Below, piece by piece: positions 16,396 to 20,000 of a stretch of DNA of 20,000 nt (its first letter is position 1; every line of letters begins with the position of its first letter). The notes beneath the pieces are model-generated. The model did not search any database. It saw only the letters and a program-made list of their open reading frames with translations, and was not told the origin of the DNA. A program made the position numbers and the translations under genes. The stretch is from IMG/VR virus record IMGVR_UViG_3300033069_001715; one strand, written 5' to 3'. The DNA is from an uncultured virus (IMG/VR IMGVR_UViG_3300033069_001715). Lineage: Duplodnaviria; Heunggongvirae; Uroviricota; Caudoviricetes.

Positions 16396-16696
16396 AAACA
16401 GCCTTGGCGTTGGCCAGAAGCTCTGGATCAACAATGTCCGTCCGGCCGTAGCCCAGTTCCACCACCGCCTCCGCAGCATCTCGCACTGCCTGTGTGAAGA
16501 TGGTGCTGCAGGCAATGTCGCTGGCCGTCTTGTCGGTAGCTGCGTTATCCATAGCCCAGCTGGTCAGAATGTTCTGAACAGCTCGAACTCGATATCGCTC
16601 GTCGCCGCGGCGATACTCATCAGTATCCAGAACCGGCTTGATCTCCGGTGCGCATCGTTCCAAAAGTGTGTTGGCGTATTGTTCAAGAAGTTTCAT
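16382..16696 (-). CDS. hypothetical protein (104 aa)
   Basis: AAAGGA RBS just downstream of the palindromic motif. Confidence 0.8.
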   Translation of the reverse strand: MKLLEQYANTLLERCAPEIKPVLDTDEYRRGDERYRVRAVQNILTSWAMDNAATDKTASDIACSTIFTQAVRDAAEAVVELGYGRTDIVDPELLANAKAVCGIQ

Positions 16697-16708
16697 GCTT
16701 TCCTTTCG

Positions 16709-16730
16709 TGTTTAAGACAGCGCTGTCGCT
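16709..16730. promoter_or_regulatory. dispersed palindromic motif, putative operator or protein-binding site
   Basis: TGTTTAAGACAGCGCTGTCGCT, identical to 5790..5811; palindrome at 16716..16727; intergenic. Confidence 0.8.
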
Positions 16731-16742
16731 ACAGTTTCAGGC

Positions 16743-16762
16743 CTCAGCGTATACCCGCTGAG
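16743..16762. other. intergenic hairpin without a U tract
   Basis: CTCAGCG-TATACC-CGCTGAG (7-bp perfect stem) between the Clp-N stop and the palindromic motif. Confidence 0.5.
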
Positions 16763-16769
16763 TTGGGCT

Positions 16770-17543
16770 TTAGCTCGTCAACTTTACCATCTTGGCGATT
16801 CGCATCCAATCTCGCGCTTCGCCTCCCTTCTCACCTCGCTCACCTGGCACTACATACCGTGGATGGCCGGTATCGCCCATGTAAACAGCCACCGTCGTCT
16901 TAGGAGGATTGGGAGTTCCAACATTGAAGGGACTCCCAGGAGCTGCCAGGGCGTACCGAAAGTAAGCCTCATAGATCCCAGGTGACACCAGCTCTGGGTC
17001 TATCGGATAGACGTGAGTCTCTGTAGCTGGAGGCTGTCCTGGTGACTCCGGCTGTTCCGATTCGACTTGCTCGCTATGAACAAGAACAGCACTGTAAACG
17101 TCTCTGGGCGTACCGTTGACCTTTACAACCGACAGCACCGCTTTGTTAATATCGCAGCCTACTACCGACAGCACCGCCCCAGATACGCTATCGGCGCCAG
17201 CTGAGATCAGCCCTAAAAACAGGTGCTCAGTGCCAACGTAATTGTTGTTCAAGTCCCTGGCATACGCCATCGCTACCTCCATGACCTTCTTAAATCGCGG
17301 AGTTTGCGGTAAGCGTCCAACAACTATTGACGCAGGGCCAGGTTGCAACATCGCTCGCGTGCGTTTGACTATGTCAGCACCGTCGAGCTGAAGATCTTCG
17401 AGTATGAGCCTAACTGTCCCTTCACCTTCGATAAGACCGATCAGCAAGTGCTCGGTCCCCAGGTACTCATGATTAAGACCTAGTGCAACGTTATTGGCGT
17501 TCTGAACGGCCTTGCGAGCTCGATCGGTAAATCGTTCATACAT
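16770..17543 (-). CDS. stand-alone Clp N-terminal (double Clp-repeat) domain protein with an unrelated C-terminal region and no AAA+ module
   Basis: Start moved to ATG 17543 (GAGGA RBS). MYERFTDRARK...NHEYLGTEHLLIGL...LPQTPRFKKV...NYVGTEHLFLGL is the ClpC N-domain. No Walker A/B motifs follow. Confidence 0.92.
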   Translation of the reverse strand: MYERFTDRARKAVQNANNVALGLNHEYLGTEHLLIGLIEGEGTVRLILEDLQLDGADIVKRTRAMLQPGPASIVVGRLPQTPRFKKVMEVAMAYARDLNNNYVGTEHLFLGLISAGADSVSGAVLSVVGCDINKAVLSVVKVNGTPRDVYSAVLVHSEQVESEQPESPGQPPATETHVYPIDPELVSPGIYEAYFRYALAAPGSPFNVGTPNPPKTTVAVYMGDTGHPRYVVPGERGEKGGEARDWMRIAKMVKLTS

Positions 17544-17961
17544 CTTTGCGTTCCTCAGCTCTAAAGTCTTCGTACCACATGTGACACAGCCATCGACAAC
17601 GATTGTCAATCAAGTAGTCCCGATAAGGATACTCCAAAAGCTGCAGGTACTTATCCCAACCTTCATCTGTGCCCATCACCGCCCAGATCTCGCCTCGTAT
17701 CGCCAGCCAATTGGATAACGTGAAGTTGTCCACATGATTAACCAGTGCCTGCTGCTTGACCTTTGGTACCCGGCGGCAGTTCTCGATCTCGGGAGCCGCC
17801 TGCTCGAACGCCTTGTTGAGCAGGTCAGCTATGTTCCCAGCGATCGGCGAAAGCGGCAGACCTTCAACGCTGTCACGACTAAACCGATCATGCTTGATGT
17901 TGCGAGCTCTTTGAGCATTGTGCTCAATGAGTGACATCAGATGGTCATTCCAGGTTACCAA
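17536..17961 (-). CDS. hypothetical protein
   Basis: Track ORF 17536..17985; TTG 17961 after GGAGG is the more plausible start. Confidence 0.75.
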   Translation of the reverse strand: MVTWNDHLMSLIEHNAQRARNIKHDRFSRDSVEGLPLSPIAGNIADLLNKAFEQAAPEIENCRRVPKVKQQALVNHVDNFTLSNWLAIRGEIWAVMGTDEGWDKYLQLLEYPYRDYLIDNRCRWLCHMWYEDFRAEERKDV

Positions 17962-18329
17962 TCGAAAGCCTCCAGAAATGGGCAAATCTCACCGTCACGA
18001 TCAATCACCAAATACTTGCAATTGTACGAAATGGCAACCATGAGCATCTTGGCCAGATACTGACAGTCGTTGTTCTCGCACAACATCAGTAGATCGACCC
18101 TGTAATCCTTCTCAGTGGGAATCCAAATCCGGTAGCCCTCATCAAACACCTGGTCGACGTACATTCGCATATCGTCGCAACCACCAACTCCTCGCTCATA
18201 GCTAGCCTGAAGCCAACGACTGCACTCAACAGTGATGTGCGATATAGAGAGCACAAGCTCTCGGTTGATCTCCGGCTGCCAATCGAGATCGGCCATCAGT
18301 CTGTTTCGATCGACACCCTCAGAATTCAA
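17955..18329 (-). CDS. DUF5983-like protein
   Basis: LVLSISHIT...GYRIWIP...YNCKYLVIDRDG...LEAFDW matches my recollection of the DUF5983 pattern. TTG 18329 after AGGAG chosen as start. Confidence 0.7.
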   Translation of the reverse strand: MNSEGVDRNRLMADLDWQPEINRELVLSISHITVECSRWLQASYERGVGGCDDMRMYVDQVFDEGYRIWIPTEKDYRVDLLMLCENNDCQYLAKMLMVAISYNCKYLVIDRDGEICPFLEAFDW

Positions 18330-19419
18330 AGGTACTTCTCCTATGGGTTGCTGCAGGGCCAAAACCGTTGATTAGGCGGTATTGGCAAAACTTGTCTTCC
18401 AGCCACGCCGGAAGTTCGTAAACGTCCTGATGGTTGATCGCCAGTATCGAAGGATGCGCCAGCAGCATCGCAGTTTCCAGGAGATGCGACGCCCAGTGGA
18501 AAGTGCGAAACTCACCCTGAGGCCCAGTGTTGCCGTTAGATGGCTCTTCCCACTGAGGATTCATTGTCGAACAACCGGTATCACCGTCACCGTGCCTAGT
18601 CAGGTAGGTACGCATGGCTCCTACGATTTCATACTCCTTGCCTTCTCCCACCAGCTCTATCGCATCGCGAGCAGTGACGGTGCTCCAGGTGTTGACGCCC
18701 TTCTCGCCATAAAGCTCGTCCAGAAGAACGCCCTGGCCGGCTTCAAAAATGCACGGCTGGTCAAGCTCATCAATCCAGCCTGTGCTATCAATGGCAAACC
18801 GCATCGTTTTCCACATGTCCCGGTAGAGCTTACGAGGCGATACTTCAAACTCCAGCAGTTCCGGACCAAGGCTACTGTGCATGCTTGGACCATGAACTCC
18901 GATGATGTTGTGGACCTTAGCCACGCACCAATCACGAATCATGTCCAGCTTGCGAATTGCGACAGAAGCATCAGCAAAGTCTGCAACCCGAAGATCCAGC
19001 CCACAAAGGGATGTTTCTCGGGTGTAGCCTACGCCTACGCCGCACGTGTTGTTCCGTCGCTTCCACTTCTGTTCAATCCGATTGAGTGCTCGGTGATAAA
19101 TGGTTGTCACCAAACACTCCCCGTCGACTTTGTTGATCGGAGAGAACCCCAGGTCTCTAAGAGCTTTGCGCTCCGCCGCCATGGCGAAAGGTTCAATAAT
19201 GAACTTACGACCAACAAGCGTCTTTGAGCCAGCAAGTGTTCCAGAACCAAACTGGGAGAACACGTGGCTCTTACAGTCGCTTGTCACAACGCGGTGACCG
19301 CATTGATGTCCGCCGCAGTACTTCACAACGTCAGGTAGGCCAAGCTTTCTCGCTAGAAAATCGACCGTCGCCCCCTTGCCTTCATCTCCAAACCCAAGTC
19401 CTACCACCACGTAATGCAA
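18319..19419 (-). CDS. purA: divergent adenylosuccinate synthetase (PurA)-family protein
   Basis: Motifs GLGFGDEGKG (P-loop), GGHQCGH, TCGVGVG, FEAGQGVLLD, RTYLTRHGDG and GFGP. TTG 19419 follows AGGAG (track start 19446). Family is confident; exact activity is not. Confidence 0.85.
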   Translation of the reverse strand: MHYVVVGLGFGDEGKGATVDFLARKLGLPDVVKYCGGHQCGHRVVTSDCKSHVFSQFGSGTLAGSKTLVGRKFIIEPFAMAAERKALRDLGFSPINKVDGECLVTTIYHRALNRIEQKWKRRNNTCGVGVGYTRETSLCGLDLRVADFADASVAIRKLDMIRDWCVAKVHNIIGVHGPSMHSSLGPELLEFEVSPRKLYRDMWKTMRFAIDSTGWIDELDQPCIFEAGQGVLLDELYGEKGVNTWSTVTARDAIELVGEGKEYEIVGAMRTYLTRHGDGDTGCSTMNPQWEEPSNGNTGPQGEFRTFHWASHLLETAMLLAHPSILAINHQDVYELPAWLEDKFCQYRLINGFGPAATHRRSTFEF

Positions 19420-19438
19420 GTTAACTCTCCTATTGAAC

Positions 19439-19594
19439 CTAGACAATCCATCCGAACATCCGTCCGATTACATAGAGCAGGGCCGCTACTCCAAGCAGAA
19501 CCGCCATCATTCCCAAACCTGCAAGAAGGCAGCAGCAACCGAAATCACTATCGGAAATCTTGCTCGCCTCCTCTTTAACCTTCTGAGTACTCAT
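19439..19594 (-). CDS. small single-TM membrane protein (51 aa), below the ORF-track cutoff
   Basis: Hand-translated MSTQKVKEEASKISDSDFGCCCLLAGLGMMAVLLGVAALLYVIGRMFGWIV*; ATGA overlap with 19591..19989; fills the gap. Confidence 0.75.
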   Translation of the reverse strand: MSTQKVKEEASKISDSDFGCCCLLAGLGMMAVLLGVAALLYVIGRMFGWIV

Positions 19595-19989
19595 AGCCAC
19601 TTAAACTCCGTCCCATGGTACGCAGTGCTGTGAACCTTACACCGTTTACCATGGTACGTACCCGTGTAGTAGCCGTCTTTGTCAGGCGGACCGGGGTCTA
19701 GTTCAATTCGCATGCTGCCTTGATCGTAATGGCGATTGAGATAGACCTTGTCAGCAGGATCTATCGAGATCGTTCCATCCTGTCTGAGCAAATACGCCTT
19801 GTCGCCCACAACTGCCCACTCACATGTCTTTCCAATGCTGGCAAGCAGTATGTTTGCACTGATGCACAAGTTAGCGGTGGGAGGTATCTGAATCTCCCTG
19901 ATCTCCAACTCGTGAACACCTAGGTCGATCACTTCGCCCTGATTCTGTCCGTCTCTGAACGTTGTTACTCTCAATCGTTTAGTTACCAC
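19591..19989 (-). CDS. hypothetical protein; paralog of 6308..6769
   Basis: Shares the RVxTFxxGxNQGExxDLG...AxVGxxAY...IxIxPxxxxYL domain. The start is near the window edge and uncertain. Confidence 0.8.
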   Translation of the reverse strand: MVTKRLRVTTFRDGQNQGEVIDLGVHELEIREIQIPPTANLCISANILLASIGKTCEWAVVGDKAYLLRQDGTISIDPADKVYLNRHYDQGSMRIELDPGPPDKDGYYTGTYHGKRCKVHSTAYHGTEFKWL

Positions 19990-20000
19990 GGGGATTTGTC

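Noticed and set aside
3008..16730. Palindromic repeats as a CRISPR array
   Set aside because: Copies are 15-22 bp and kilobases apart, with no regular spacers and no cas genes.
17125..17177. 16/17-bp direct repeat encoding AVLSVV twice in the Clp-N gene
   Set aside because: Short in-frame duplication or helical periodicity at the end of the Clp domain; nothing suggests function.
18382..19227. 281-aa plus-strand ORF
   Set aside because: Lies entirely antisense to the PurA-family gene.
18319..19419. PurZ / Z-genome (2-aminoadenine) pathway
   Set aside because: The P-loop has Asp (GDEGKG), not the PurZ Ser, and no datZ or mazZ is visible in the window.
1..20000. Sigma70 promoters, tRNAs and alternative genetic code
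   Set aside because: No convincing -35/-10 pair or cloverleaf seen by eye. TAA, TAG and TGA all end ORFs at clean junctions, so there is no sign of recoding.

Overview
This window looks like part of a large dsDNA bacteriophage (or prophage) genome. It holds about 46 tightly packed ORFs, all on the minus strand, mostly small hypotheticals coupled by ATGA/GTGA overlaps and preceded by GGAG/GAGG Shine-Dalgarno sites. I see no structural genes, integrase, tRNA, rRNA or CRISPR array. Three proteins are recognisable: a divergent adenylosuccinate-synthetase (PurA)-family enzyme that keeps GDEGKG (so not a classical PurZ), a stand-alone ClpC N-terminal double-repeat protein that closely resembles planctomycete ClpC from memory (suggesting a Planctomycetota host), and a GHKL ATPase fused to a C-terminal HExxH zincin-like domain. 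The strongest non-coding signal is a dispersed 15-bp motif AGACAGCGCTGTCGC, whose core GACAGCGCTGTC is a perfect 12-bp palindrome. It occurs as four exact copies plus one near copy, mostly in the few intergenic gaps between a stop codon and the next RBS. Other signals are a tandem pair of paralogous membrane-anchored proteins followed by a relic of a possible third copy beside a small insertion-like segment, a distant paralog pair with different tails, and an attenuator-like leader and terminator before the GHKL gene. All family assignments come from motif recognition by eye; no searches were run.
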